64,000 nucleotides of DNA from assembly GCF_963521255.1 (NCBI RefSeq), contig NZ_CAUQTU010000010.1, positions 3,866-67,865 on the forward strand, in the 5' to 3' direction. The stretch comes from an uncultured Streptococcus sp. GTDB taxonomy: Bacteria > Bacillota > Bacilli > Lactobacillales > Streptococcaceae. Numbering within the stretch: position 1 is the first letter of the stretch; every line of letters begins with the position of its first letter. Below the pieces are notes generated by a model. The model made no database searches, was not told where the DNA came from, and was given only the letters and a program-made list of their open reading frames with translations. The translations under genes and the position numbers were made by a program. This document shows, one piece after another, positions 1 to 9,835 of the stretch.

Positions 1-281
1 GGGTCACTCGCAAGAAAGACTTTATTAGCTTTTTTAGCTTCTTTTTTCAAGTCATTGATAAGAGGTCCTTTTCCTCGGATATTGATATATTGCGGTTCGT
101 AATTATTTTCAATATCAACGGACATACTGGATTTCTTCAAATCACGGATATGCCCGACACTGGCTAAAACCTTGTAGTTTCTGCCCAAGTATTTCTCAAT
201 CGTTTTCGCCTTAGCAGGAGACTCCACGATGACTAGATTGTTTTTAACTGTTGATTTTTTCTTTTTTGTTGCCGTAGCCAC
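1..281 (-). CDS. topA: DNA topoisomerase I, N-terminal part (gene runs off the left edge)
   Basis: Own minus-strand translation from GTG 281-279, which has AAAGGTG just upstream: (M)[49 protein letters not shown]. This is the Toprim N-terminus of type IA topoisomerases. It lies directly downstream of dprA as in pneumococcus. Confidence 0.8.
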   Translation of the reverse strand, partial: MATATKKKKSTVKNNLVIVESPAKAKTIEKYLGRNYKVLASVGHIRDLKKSSMSVDIENNYEPQYINIRGKGPLINDLKKEAKKANKVFLASD

Positions 282-398
282 AGTATCACACCTTTTCAAA
301 GTAATAAACTTTATAAAGTGTAAACCATTTTGCCATAACTGTCAAGACTTAGCTCCTATATATAGAAGAAAAGTTTGTCTAGTAAGCGAAATTTCTTC

Positions 399-1247
399 TT
401 AAAATTCAAATTCGGCAAGAACATCTTGCCCACTGGTCACCAATTTTGCTCCTTCTTGGATCAAATGATGGCAACCGTCTGATAATCCATCTAAAATACT
501 ACCAGGTATAGCAAAGACATCGCGCCCTTCTTCCATTGCTCGCTCACAGGTAATGAGACTACCTGAGCGTATCTTGGCCTCTGCTACAATCACACCACGG
601 CAAAGTCCAGCAATAATGCGATTACGGGCAGGAAAATGAAATTTCAGAGGCTGTTCACCAGCCCCATACTCACTAAGAACCAGATGGTCATTGCCGATGT
701 AGTCTTGTAAGCGTTTATTGGCTTTAGGATAAAACACATCCAACCCTGTTCCAATAACTGCAATGGTTTTTCCACCATTCTGCAGAGCTGCCATATGAGC
801 TGCTGTGTCTATCCCCTTGGCTAATCCACTGACGATAACCAGTTCATTTTCCAAGCCTTGAATGACTTTTTCAACTGACTTAGCTCCCTGTTTGCTACAA
901 GCACGACTCCCCACAACCGCTACTTTTGGAAATTTTAAGAGGTCAAGATTTCCCTTGTAAAATAAAAGTACAGGTGCATCGTATATTTCACTTAGATCCC
1001 AAGGGTAACAGTCATCTAAAATAGAGAAAGATGGAAATTTTTGAAACTCCTTCTCCAGATGCGCATCGTCTATCTGAAAATAACGTTCCATAAAAACAGC
1101 TGGATTTCGGCAACCTGATATATCTGCAATATCGCCTAACAACAGTTCTTGATCGAAATTTTCACCGTATTCTAGGACCTTCAAAATCTGTTGATTGGTC
1201 AAACCTGATTTTTTTAACTTATAGATTTCATAGTTTGTGATTTTCAT
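399..1247 (-). CDS. dprA: DNA processing protein DprA (Smf)
   Basis: ORF 399..1259. Rossmann-like DprA core (VAVVGSRACS, GLAKGIDTAAH, PARNRIIAGL). The start was moved to ATG 1247 (MKITNYEIY) behind a GGAG motif. Confidence 0.9.
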   Translation of the reverse strand: MKITNYEIYKLKKSGLTNQQILKVLEYGENFDQELLLGDIADISGCRNPAVFMERYFQIDDAHLEKEFQKFPSFSILDDCYPWDLSEIYDAPVLLFYKGNLDLLKFPKVAVVGSRACSKQGAKSVEKVIQGLENELVIVSGLAKGIDTAAHMAALQNGGKTIAVIGTGLDVFYPKANKRLQDYIGNDHLVLSEYGAGEQPLKFHFPARNRIIAGLCRGVIVAEAKIRSGSLITCERAMEEGRDVFAIPGSILDGLSDGCHHLIQEGAKLVTSGQDVLAEFEF

Positions 1248-1334
1248 AAATAGCTCCATTTCTTTTTCTACTCATCTATCTATTCGTAAAAAAATCAAAA
1301 AACATCCGACTATTTCAGCCAGATGTTGGAATTT

Positions 1335-2024
1335 TTAATTTTCGTTTTTAAGAATTTCTTCTAATTTATGATAGTCTTGGACACTGTCAATTTCATAGAT
1401 GCTATTGCCTTCTAATTCTTCAACATAGACATCTAGCTCTTTGATATTATCCTTAACCATATTGTCCCAGTAGAGATCAACAAATTCGCCACTTGCATAA
1501 GCCTTGTCGATAAAGCTGACAATTTTTTCTGCAGTTGGAGCATCCCAGAAAGAGACACCACTAAGGATACGACCTGCCTTGCTATCAACAGTAATGTCTT
1601 GAACCTTATAGTCATCTCCATAGACCAAGAACCATTCGTTGGTACAATCTTCACGATAGACACTAAAATAAGTCGAACGAGTCAAATCATTGCGGAACAT
1701 ATTTTTAAAGAGATAATTATCGGCATCAATAACATAGCTGTTGGCTAATTCTTCTTTTACAAGATAGAGAGAGTAAAAGTTATTGTAGTCAGCGTATTTA
1801 TCATTGAAAACGAGGCGAACACCATATTTTTCTTTCAAATAATCAAATTGTTCTTTAAGATAACCAACAATGATAATAATCTCGTTAATCCCTTTTTCTT
1901 TTAAAAACTCAATTTGGTATTCAATCAAGGGTTTTTGATTAACCTGAACCAAGGCCTTAGGGGTATTTTCAGTCATAGGACGCAAGCGAGTTCCCAATCC
2001 CGCTGCTAAGATAATGGCTTTCAC
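1335..2024 (-). CDS. licC: CTP:phosphocholine cytidylyltransferase
   Basis: 229 aa. N-terminal nucleotidyltransferase motif MKAIILAAGLGTRLRP. Essentially collinear with pneumococcal LicC as I remember it, and last gene of the lic1 cluster. Confidence 0.9.
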   Translation of the reverse strand: MKAIILAAGLGTRLRPMTENTPKALVQVNQKPLIEYQIEFLKEKGINEIIIIVGYLKEQFDYLKEKYGVRLVFNDKYADYNNFYSLYLVKEELANSYVIDADNYLFKNMFRNDLTRSTYFSVYREDCTNEWFLVYGDDYKVQDITVDSKAGRILSGVSFWDAPTAEKIVSFIDKAYASGEFVDLYWDNMVKDNIKELDVYVEELEGNSIYEIDSVQDYHKLEEILKNEN

Positions 2025-2035
2025 ACGAATCTCCT

Positions 2036-2914
2036 TTATTCTTTAATAATAATATAAACTCCAGCAATGACGACAAGTGACGTAATAATTGTCAGCATAT
2101 CTAGTGCTGTTCCCAAGAAGAGAGCTGCAAACAAGACAGTCCAAACTACATAGCTCACGTTCAATCCTGTAGCTTTAGCAGGTTGCAAGCGATTGATAGC
2201 AATATAATAAGCCAAGTAGGAAATCATATCAAAGGCTGCAAAGACAATCATGAGACCTAGTAATTGTCCATTGGCTACTTCTGCAAATGACTGATGAGAG
2301 AAGAGTACAATCACAAGATAAGACAAGAATGAAGTCACTTGACGAATCAAGAGGGCTTCGATTTCACTCAATTCACTTTCCATGGCAAAGGAGCTAAGAA
2401 CACTCTCACTTCCCCATGCAATGGCACAAACCAATGCACAGAGAATACCAATATAGAAGGAATTAACCTGTTCAACCTTATAGGTCTGGGCAATAATCCC
2501 TACAATAATCAAGACAATCCCAAACACAGTATTTTTCGAAATCTTATGCTTCAGAAAGAAGAAAGCCAATAAAACTGAAACTGCAGGGTAGATAGCAGAT
2601 ACCGATGAAGCTAAGGAACTTCCAATATACTTAACCGCATAAAGATTGGCCTGCATACCTATAGGACCAGCTAGCAAGGCTCCGATGATAACACTGACAT
2701 TGCGAATATTTAAGAAAATTGAGAGACGAACTTTTCCTTCTTTTACTAAAAGAAAAGCTAGTAAGATAAAGATACTCAAAAAATCGTGAGCAGCAGCCAC
2801 CACAAAGGGCGATAAATCTGTAAAAATCGAAAAGATATAAGCACTAATCGTTAGACCTAATCCCCAGAAAACACCTGAGAGTAGACCAAAAGAAACTCCA
2901 TTTTTATTTTTCAT
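2036..2914 (-). CDS. licB: choline transporter, EamA/DMT family
   Basis: Polytopic membrane protein of about 10 TM helices between licA and licC. The start was moved to ATG 2914 (MKNKNG) behind GGAGG, and it overlaps the licA stop. Confidence 0.85.
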   Translation of the reverse strand: MKNKNGVSFGLLSGVFWGLGLTISAYIFSIFTDLSPFVVAAAHDFLSIFILLAFLLVKEGKVRLSIFLNIRNVSVIIGALLAGPIGMQANLYAVKYIGSSLASSVSAIYPAVSVLLAFFFLKHKISKNTVFGIVLIIVGIIAQTYKVEQVNSFYIGILCALVCAIAWGSESVLSSFAMESELSEIEALLIRQVTSFLSYLVIVLFSHQSFAEVANGQLLGLMIVFAAFDMISYLAYYIAINRLQPAKATGLNVSYVVWTVLFAALFLGTALDMLTIITSLVVIAGVYIIIKE

Positions 2915-3773
2915 CTGAACCTCCATAATATGACAAACCTTTAATAGCTCTTTGGTAACGGCTCACACCATAATCACCAAAATCTGCACCTTGCTCTTCT
3001 TTGTAAACTGTCCATAAACTCCAAATAGCGTCTTGTAAAATTTTATAAATGGCAATCTTTTCACGAGAGACAGGTGTTTGCTCACTCTCATAGCGAGACA
3101 AGAAGGCTTCTTCCTCTTGGGAAGTGAATTCAGATTCTAAAAATAGGGCTGCCAAATCCCACATTGGATCATTCATTGATGAGTATTCCCAATCAATCAG
3201 ATATAGACGTCCTTGAGGTGATTCGATAAAGTTTTCAGGCACCAAATCGATGTGACAAGATTTTCTGTCAACACCTAAGTCAGCCAGTCTTTTCTCTAAA
3301 GAGAAGACTTCTTCTCGAACAACTTCATAGTTGGCATAAGGAATCTTTTCTTCAATCAAGGATTCGTATTTTTTGATTTCTTCAAAAGGAGCAAATTCTC
3401 CTCTTAATTCCTTGCCAGAAGCATGAATGGTTTGTAAAATTGGAGCAATTTTATCAAATTTAGTCTTGATTGACGTTGAATCAAGCGTGATAGCAGATTC
3501 AATATACTCATTCACTTTGATACCAGCTTCAATATCAAAAAGATAATTTTTGACATCTAAGTCTAAATCTTTAAGTAGTTCAAGATTGTACTTTTCATCT
3601 TGACGATTGATTAGTTTTTCAGTCCCTTTACCAAAGAACTTAACAATGTATTGCTTATTTGTTGTTTTGACCAAATAGTTTTGATTGGTCATTCCCCCCA
3701 GTTGTTCAACACTGAGGACTTCCTCTTCTGCACTAAGTAAAGAAGAAATTTTTTCTTTAATGATTTTCTCCAC
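2904..3773 (-). CDS. licA: choline kinase
   Basis: 289 aa. Aminoglycoside/choline kinase fold motifs (CHIDLVPENF, LIDWEYS). Position within the lic1 cluster. Confidence 0.85.
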   Translation of the reverse strand: MEKIIKEKISSLLSAEEEVLSVEQLGGMTNQNYLVKTTNKQYIVKFFGKGTEKLINRQDEKYNLELLKDLDLDVKNYLFDIEAGIKVNEYIESAITLDSTSIKTKFDKIAPILQTIHASGKELRGEFAPFEEIKKYESLIEEKIPYANYEVVREEVFSLEKRLADLGVDRKSCHIDLVPENFIESPQGRLYLIDWEYSSMNDPMWDLAALFLESEFTSQEEEAFLSRYESEQTPVSREKIAIYKILQDAIWSLWTVYKEEQGADFGDYGVSRYQRAIKGLSYYGGSDEK

Positions 3774-3789
3774 AATTAACCTCCAGCAC

Positions 3790-4812
3790 TTATACTTCCC
3801 ACTTAAACACGGTTTTAAAGGCTGTGTTTAAATCGGTAGCAAAGACACGGTGAATATCTTTAATTTCTCTTACAGGTTCTTCTAGATAAAGGATATTTTT
3901 AAGACGATTGGCAAATTTCTTGACTTCCATCATTTGGATGGCATTTTCAAAATCAATGCGACCAGAACGAGAGGAACCAACTAAGAGCAAGCCCTTTTCT
4001 AAGGCATCGCGTGTATTGAGATTGATTTTATATTCGCTAACGCCCATCATGAGAATCGTTCCCTGAGGACGAATGTAGCGAATCAAGTCATTTATAGCTG
4101 GTCCAGTACCATCACCACCACAACACTCAAAAGCATGGTCAAAGGCCAAATCTTCAGGAATATTATCAGTAATATAACATTCTTTAGCAAAAGAGAAGAG
4201 CTCCAATTTTTCCCAATGACGACCAATAACCACAATCTCTGCTTCTGGTAAAGTATAGTTGATAATATTGGCAACCACAAATGCTAAACTGCCATCTCCG
4301 ATAACGGCAATTCGGTCCCTCTTGCTATGAGCAAGGGTCAGTAAGCGATTCATGGCATGCATACCAACACTGACAAACTCTGTAATGGCTGCAACCGTAT
4401 CTTCGATAGCATCATAAGCCACCACACGGTCTTTAGGAAGAGAAACAAACTCTCTCATAAAGCCATCAAAGCCACTAGACAAGAAATGAGTCCCTGTCAT
4501 GTAGTTCTCATAAAATTCTTCATCACTCTGCATAGGGGGCTGATTAGGAATCATGACAACTTTTTGCCCAACCTCATAAGTTCCTGTCGGATCAGAAATA
4601 ACGGTTCCACATGATTCGTGAATCATTGCCATTGGAAGTTTTTTATTCAAAATCTTTGGATCACGTTTTCCTTGGTAGTAACGTTGATCCGCATGACAGA
4701 CAGCCATGTAGTTAGGGCGGATGAGGATATGATTCTGTTGGTCAATATCCTCTTCCTGGTATTTGACATTGATAAACTTTGGCTTAGTCAGTTGATAAAT
4801 TTGATTAATCAT
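3790..4812 (-). CDS. tarJ: ribulose-5-phosphate reductase (Zn-dependent alcohol dehydrogenase family)
   Basis: MDR/ADH-like protein (CHADQRY, GDGSLAF Rossmann) immediately downstream of tarI. Start moved to ATG 4812 (MINQIYQL). Confidence 0.8.
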   Translation of the reverse strand: MINQIYQLTKPKFINVKYQEEDIDQQNHILIRPNYMAVCHADQRYYQGKRDPKILNKKLPMAMIHESCGTVISDPTGTYEVGQKVVMIPNQPPMQSDEEFYENYMTGTHFLSSGFDGFMREFVSLPKDRVVAYDAIEDTVAAITEFVSVGMHAMNRLLTLAHSKRDRIAVIGDGSLAFVVANIINYTLPEAEIVVIGRHWEKLELFSFAKECYITDNIPEDLAFDHAFECCGGDGTGPAINDLIRYIRPQGTILMMGVSEYKINLNTRDALEKGLLLVGSSRSGRIDFENAIQMMEVKKFANRLKNILYLEEPVREIKDIHRVFATDLNTAFKTVFKWEV

Positions 4813-4816
4813 ATCA

Positions 4817-5524
4817 CTAGTCTTTCTCAATCATACTTTTTGCAATCTTCAAATCTGTCACTGTTGTGATTTTTAGGTTTGAGTATTCCCCCTTAGCCAA
4901 GGCCACCTCTTTTCCTTTAATGACGAAGATTTTACATGCATCTGTTAAGATTTCCTTCTCTTCAACAGAGAGAGAGCCGTAAAGATCCATGAAGTCCTTG
5001 CAACGGAATGTTTGAGGTGTTTGTCCTTGATAGAGGTGGGCACGATTTGGAATATCTGTAATAAATTGACCATTAGTGCTTTCAACGATGGTATCAACCG
5101 CTTCTACCACTGTGTCCACTGCGTCATGATCTTGACAAAGTTTGATATTGTCTTGAATCATGCGAAGCGTAATAAATGGGCGAACAGAATCGTGGGTAAC
5201 AACGATATCCTCTGGAGTAAGCGGACGATAAGCATCAATGGCTTCAATGATTTTCTCAATACTCGTATTACGGTCAGCACCACCCTTTGTAATGATGATA
5301 CGTTCCTTATGAAGAGGAAGGTATTTATCTACAAGATCTTCTGCATGTGAAACCCAGTCTCCATGAACCCCAACTACAATTTTTTCAATACTTGGTTCCA
5401 AGACAAATTTTTCAATTGTATGAATCAAAATAGGTCGATCACCTAGCTCTAAAAATTGTTTTGGCAAGTTACTGATCCCCATGCGAGTACCAGTTCCACC
5501 GGCAAGAATTCCTGCATAAATCAT
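4817..5524 (-). CDS. tarI: ribitol-5-phosphate cytidylyltransferase (IspD-like)
   Basis: 235 aa. IspD/TarI motif MIYAGILAGGTGTRMG. First gene of the tarIJ-licABC operon. Confidence 0.85.
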   Translation of the reverse strand: MIYAGILAGGTGTRMGISNLPKQFLELGDRPILIHTIEKFVLEPSIEKIVVGVHGDWVSHAEDLVDKYLPLHKERIIITKGGADRNTSIEKIIEAIDAYRPLTPEDIVVTHDSVRPFITLRMIQDNIKLCQDHDAVDTVVEAVDTIVESTNGQFITDIPNRAHLYQGQTPQTFRCKDFMDLYGSLSVEEKEILTDACKIFVIKGKEVALAKGEYSNLKITTVTDLKIAKSMIEKD

Positions 5525-5565
5525 CTATTTTCTCCTTTGTCTTACTAAAAAAACTTATTCTCTCT

Positions 5566-5574
5566 ATTATACCA
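5566..5574 (-). promoter_or_regulatory. extended -10 promoter element (TGgTATAAT) for tarIJ-licABC
   Basis: The reverse complement of 5566-5574 reads TGGTATAAT, about 40 nt upstream of the tarI start. Confidence 0.45.
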
Positions 5575-5667
5575 CAATCTAGTCCTATCATAAAAGAAAT
5601 ACTAGTCATCCCGTTCTAGAATAGGAGGATTAAAGAGTTCTATTATTCAAAGAAACTAGTCCATTTC

Positions 5668-5700
5668 TAGTAATGACCAGGAATTCTGTAGTCATTACTA
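5668..5700. repeat. perfect 10-bp inverted repeat (tagtaatgac N13 gtcattacta)
   Basis: Read directly from the sequence. No flanking T-run on either strand, so it is not a terminator. It lies about 100 nt upstream of the lic1 promoter. Confidence 0.5.
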
Positions 5701-5799
5701 ATAAATGGTTGTGAAATTTTAGAGTTCTTCAGAATAATATACTTTCCTTAAAAAAATCTTAAAATTAAGATTTGAAACTTCAAAGCGATTACTTGACTT

Positions 5800-5906
5800 A
5801 TACTCAATGAAAATCAAAAAGCAAACTAGGAAGCTAGCCGTAAGCTGTACTTGAGTACGGTAAGGCGACGCTGACGTGGTTTGAATTTGATTTTCGAAGA
5901 GTATTA
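5800..5906 (-). repeat. BOX element, short form (boxA + boxC, no boxB)
   Basis: tactcaatgaaaatcaaaaagcaaactaggaagctagcc...ggtttgaatttgattttcgaagagtatta is the reverse complement of the ends of the full BOX copies at 19865 and 54168. Confidence 0.85.
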
Positions 5907-5969
5907 CTGCCCTTCATTTCTTATTAGCTGACTTTATTATATAAATACAAATGGGCTCGAGATAAGTCT

Positions 5970-6107
5970 TTAAAATAAAATATAACCAACTGCCACAAGA
6001 GCTCCAGGACCTAAAAATGCTTTTAGATTTTGCCAAAAATTATTGTTATTCGGAGGTTCAATAGATTGATTGATCTCAGAAAGAGAGACCTTTTGGTAAG
6101 AAGACAT
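5970..6107 (-). pseudogene. mntH: truncated 5' fragment of an Nramp (mntH) gene, 45 codons
   Basis: Own translation: MSSYQKVSLSEINQSIEPPNNNNFWQNLKAFLGPGALVAVGYILF*. It matches residues 1-42 of the intact MntH at 41260..42594 (MSSYEKVSLSEINQSIDTPNNNHFWQNLKVFLGPGALVAVGY), then diverges and stops. Confidence 0.85.
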
Positions 6108-6118
6108 CGGAATATTCA

Positions 6119-6250
6119 CTTTCTAATCTTGTCTTTACCTATTTTATTAATGGATTTTGAAAGAAATATTGAAAATAGTTTCCTATTTCCAATTTAGTCT
6201 TACTACATCACATTTTGAAATGATTCTTCAGGAAAGCACGATAGTTGAAA
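6119..6250 (-). repeat. copy of the mntH upstream leader/promoter module
   Basis: tttctaatcttgtctttacctattttattaatgga...tttcctatttccaatt...ggaaagcacgatagtt aligns with 42790-42918, upstream of the intact mntH. Confidence 0.8.
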
Positions 6251-6265
6251 TAAGCAACACCAGTA

Positions 6266-6298
6266 TCGCAAAAGCCAACGTCAGAAAACGCTGGCTTT
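6266..6298 (-). terminator. intrinsic terminator after carB
   Basis: Minus strand reads AAGCCAGCG-ttttctga-CGTTGGCTT followed by TTTGCG, about 25 nt after the carB stop. Confidence 0.6.
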
Positions 6299-6322
6299 AA
6301 AATTGTGAAAAATTTTTCTAAA

Positions 6323-9300
6323 CTAGATCGCTTCTGTGACAAAACTACGGCTTTCCAATACTTTGAGCATGGCGTTAGCTGTATCTAGGGCTGTGAAGAG
6401 GGGCACTCCGTGTTCAATGGCTGAACGACGGATTTGCTCACCATCTTCGTCAGCAGTTCGTTTTGTCCCAACAGTATTAATGATAGCTTGGATTCTTCCT
6501 TTGCGAACAAAGCTTGGAATATCCTTATTATCATCACCAATCTTACCAACAGGTTGGGCTTGCAATCCATGACTGGCAAAGAAGGCTGCTGTCCCTTCTG
6601 TCGCGAGGATTCCATAGCCGATATTTTGGAAACGACGAGCTAAGTCCAAGGCCTCTTCTTTGGCATCATCAGCAATGGTGAAGACTACATTTCCAAAAGT
6701 TGGCAAGTGGAGGTAAGAAGCTTCAAAGGCTTTATAGAGAGCTTTTTCCAAAGTCGTATCAGAACCCATCACTTCACCTGTTGACTTCATTTCAGGACCA
6801 AGTAAGCTGTCTACTTTAGCTAGTTTGGTAAAGGAGAAGACAGGTGCCTTGATATGAACACGGGTGCTTTCAGGGTAAAGTCCATCTTGGTAGCCAAGTT
6901 CTTCAAGTTTTTGACCAAGAATGAGCTTGGTTGCTACTTGAGCCATAGGGATATTGGTCACCTTAGAAAGAAATGGAACCGTACGGCTGGCACGTGGATT
7001 GACCTCAATAACGTAGACTTTTTCATCCTTGATGACAAACTGGATGTTCATCATTCCAAGACAGTTAAGACCGATTGCTAGGCGTTTAGTATAGTCTGCG
7101 ATTGTTTCTTGCACCTTTTGCGACAAGGTTTGTGGTGGGTAAACGGCCATTGAGTCACCTGAGTGGACACCAGCACGTTCGATATGCTCCATGATACCAG
7201 GGATAAGGACATTTTCTCCGTCTGAAATGGCATCAACTTCACACTCTTGTCCAACGATATAAGAGTCTACAAGGACTGGATGGTCAGGACTAGCCTTAAC
7301 AGCTGTACGCATGTAAGAACGAAGATCTTCTTCATTTTCTACGATTTCCATAGCACGTCCACCTAAAACATAAGATGGGCGGACAAGAACTGGGAAGCCA
7401 ATCTTGCGAGCTGCAAGAACTGCTTCTTCTTCATTGGTAGCCGTTTGTCCTGGTGGCTGTGGAATATCCAGGTCTTTTAGAGCTTGCTCGAAGAGGTCAC
7501 GGTCTTCGGCACGGTCTAGGTCAGCAACCTGTGTCCCAAGGATAGTCACACCTGCTTTTGCCAATGGCTCCGCAAGGTTGATAGCTGTTTGACCACCAAA
7601 CTGAACGATAACCCCTTTTGGTTGCTCCAAGTCGATGACATTCATAACATCTTCGAATGTCAATGGCTCAAAGTAAAGCTTGTCTGATACAGAGAAGTCT
7701 GTAGAAACGGTCTCTGGGTTTGAGTTCATGATGATGGCTTCATAGCCAGCAGCCTGAATAGCCTTAACCGAGTGAACAGTTGCGTAGTCAAACTCAACCC
7801 CTTGACCGATACGGATTGGACCTGAACCTAGGACTAGTACAGATTCCTTATCAGATCTGATAGATTCATTTTCCCAACCATAGGTTGAATAGAAGTATGG
7901 TGTTTCAGAGTCAAACTCTGCCGCACAAGTATCTACCATCTTATAAACTGGAACAATCTTGTTTTCCAAGCGAAGTTGGCGAACTTGGTCAGCTGTCGTT
8001 TCCCAGAGTTCAGCAATCTTACGGTCTGAAAATCCATTAAGTTTGGCAGTTTTCAAAACTTCAAGATCTTGTGGATGGGCACCCAACTCCTGCTCAATTT
8101 CAAAGATGTGCAAGAGTTTATCAAGATAGAAGATATCGATTTTTGTAAGCTCTGCAATTTCTTCTGGTGTGTAGCCACGACGAATTGCTTCTGATACGTA
8201 GAAGAGACGGTCATCTTGGGCTTTGACTACTTTTTCAATCAAGGCATCATCAGAAACTGCTGCAAGTTCAGGCATTTCATTGTGGTGCACCCCAATTTCA
8301 AGGGAACGACAAGCTTTAAGAAGAGATTCTTCGATGTTACGACCGATTGCCATGACTTCTCCAGTCGCCTTCATCTGGGTACCAAGACGGCGTTCACCTT
8401 TTTCAAACTTGTCAAATGGGAAACGAGGAATCTTGGCAACCACGTAGTCAAGGGCAGGCTCAAACATGGCATAGGTTGAACCTGTAACTGGGTTAATAAC
8501 CTCATCCAAGGTCAAACCTACTGCAATCTTAGCAGCCAATTTTGCAATCGGATACCCTGTCGCCTTAGATGCCAGGGCTGAAGAACGCGATACACGAGGA
8601 TTTACTTCGATAACATAGTACTTAAAACTGTGTGGGTCAAGTGCTAGCTGAACGTTACATCCACCTTCAATCTTAAGAGCACGAATGATGCTCAAGCTCG
8701 CATCACGTAGCATTTGGTTTTCATAATCTGACATGGTTTGGGCAGGGGCAAATACGATGGAATCCCCTGTGTGAATCCCAACTGGGTCAAAGTTTTCCAT
8801 GTTACAAACAACCAGGGCATTGTCAGCTGAGTCACGCATCACTTCGTATTCGATTTCCTTGAAACCTGCGATTGAACGTTCAATTAAACATTGGGTAACA
8901 GGTGATAATTTCAAACCATTTTCAGCGATTTCACGCAATTCTTCCTCGTTGGCACACATACCACCACCAGTACCACCAAGAGTAAAGGCTGGACGGACGA
9001 TGACTGGGTACCCAATTGTCGCTGCAAAGGCAACTGCTTCTTCTACTGTGTTAACAATTTCAGATTCTGGAATGGGTTGTTCCAATTCTTCCATCAATTG
9101 TTTAAAGAGATCACGATCCTCGGCTTGGTCAATGGCAGATAATTTAGTACCCAGAAGTTCAACACCAAGCTCATCTAGGATGCCATTTTTAGACAATTCC
9201 ATGGCCATATTGAGCCCTGTCTGACCACCGAGTGTTGGCAGCAAGGCATCTGGACGTTCCTTACGAAGAATGCGTGTCACAAACTCAAGTGTAATCGGTT

Positions 9301-9499
9301 CAATATAAACCTTATCAGCAATCTCCTTGTCCGTCATGATGGTGGCAGGGTTTGAGTTAACCAAGACAACCTCATAACCTTCCTCTTTCAAAGACAAGCA
9401 GGCTTGGGTCCCTGCGTAGTCAAACTCAGCAGCCTGACCAATAATAATCGGACCAGAACCAATCACCATAATTTTTTGAATATCAGTACGTTTAGGCAT
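6323..9499 (-). CDS. carB: carbamoyl-phosphate synthase large subunit
   Basis: 1058 aa. Duplicated ATP-grasp halves ([18 protein letters not shown] and [17 protein letters not shown]) and a C-terminal MGS-like domain. Confidence 0.97.
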   Translation of the reverse strand: MPKRTDIQKIMVIGSGPIIIGQAAEFDYAGTQACLSLKEEGYEVVLVNSNPATIMTDKEIADKVYIEPITLEFVTRILRKERPDALLPTLGGQTGLNMAMELSKNGILDELGVELLGTKLSAIDQAEDRDLFKQLMEELEQPIPESEIVNTVEEAVAFAATIGYPVIVRPAFTLGGTGGGMCANEEELREIAENGLKLSPVTQCLIERSIAGFKEIEYEVMRDSADNALVVCNMENFDPVGIHTGDSIVFAPAQTMSDYENQMLRDASLSIIRALKIEGGCNVQLALDPHSFKYYVIEVNPRVSRSSALASKATGYPIAKLAAKIAVGLTLDEVINPVTGSTYAMFEPALDYVVAKIPRFPFDKFEKGERRLGTQMKATGEVMAIGRNIEESLLKACRSLEIGVHHNEMPELAAVSDDALIEKVVKAQDDRLFYVSEAIRRGYTPEEIAELTKIDIFYLDKLLHIFEIEQELGAHPQDLEVLKTAKLNGFSDRKIAELWETTADQVRQLRLENKIVPVYKMVDTCAAEFDSETPYFYSTYGWENESIRSDKESVLVLGSGPIRIGQGVEFDYATVHSVKAIQAAGYEAIIMNSNPETVSTDFSVSDKLYFEPLTFEDVMNVIDLEQPKGVIVQFGGQTAINLAEPLAKAGVTILGTQVADLDRAEDRDLFEQALKDLDIPQPPGQTATNEEEAVLAARKIGFPVLVRPSYVLGGRAMEIVENEEDLRSYMRTAVKASPDHPVLVDSYIVGQECEVDAISDGENVLIPGIMEHIERAGVHSGDSMAVYPPQTLSQKVQETIADYTKRLAIGLNCLGMMNIQFVIKDEKVYVIEVNPRASRTVPFLSKVTNIPMAQVATKLILGQKLEELGYQDGLYPESTRVHIKAPVFSFTKLAKVDSLLGPEMKSTGEVMGSDTTLEKALYKAFEASYLHLPTFGNVVFTIADDAKEEALDLARRFQNIGYGILATEGTAAFFASHGLQAQPVGKIGDDNKDIPSFVRKGRIQAIINTVGTKRTADEDGEQIRRSAIEHGVPLFTALDTANAMLKVLESRSFVTEAI

Positions 9500-9635
9500 A
9501 GTTTATGATACAAAGCCCGTAAAGAACACAGTGAAAATAGGAAAATCGGTGCAGACGCCTTCAGCGTCAAGACGATGTTTATCTTTTTCACACAGTTCTT
9601 AGGGCGTGTTCGCTTCCGCGAACAACGTATCTTCT

Positions 9636-9821
9636 CCTTTCTATTCGGCAACTCTCGGGTTGCCATTAAATAAATTCTCCGACGATTTTTTAGCGAAACG
9701 ATACTTTTCGGTAAAAAATCTAGTGCAGGGAGTTTTTAGTTCGCCTGATAGCGACTAAAAGAAACGACCTGCCTTTCTATTCGTCGCCTCACAGAGCGAC
9801 ATTAAATAAATTCTCCGACGA
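9636..9821 (-). repeat. two about 50-bp direct repeats, each carrying a short GC hairpin, in the carA-carB spacer
   Basis: 9636-9685 reads cctttctattcggcaactctcgggttgccattaaataaattctccgacga. 9772-9821 reads cctttctattcgtcgcctcacagagcgacattaaataaattctccgacga. The flanks are identical and the hairpin cores differ. Confidence 0.8.
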
Positions 9822-9835
9822 GCTTTTACTCGTTC

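Noticed and set aside
8799-9224. A 141-aa plus-strand ORF, together with several 60-90-aa ORFs inside carB (6336-8479)
   Set aside because: They lie antisense within a highly conserved 1058-aa gene. Their composition is low-complexity and Ser/Ala/Arg-rich, as expected for reverse-frame artefacts, and they have no Shine-Dalgarno.
9463-9666. A 67-aa ORF in the carA-carB spacer, overlapping the carB start
   Set aside because: It is very basic and low-complexity, begins inside the repeat unit and overlaps carB out of frame. The spacer is better explained as repeat or structured RNA.
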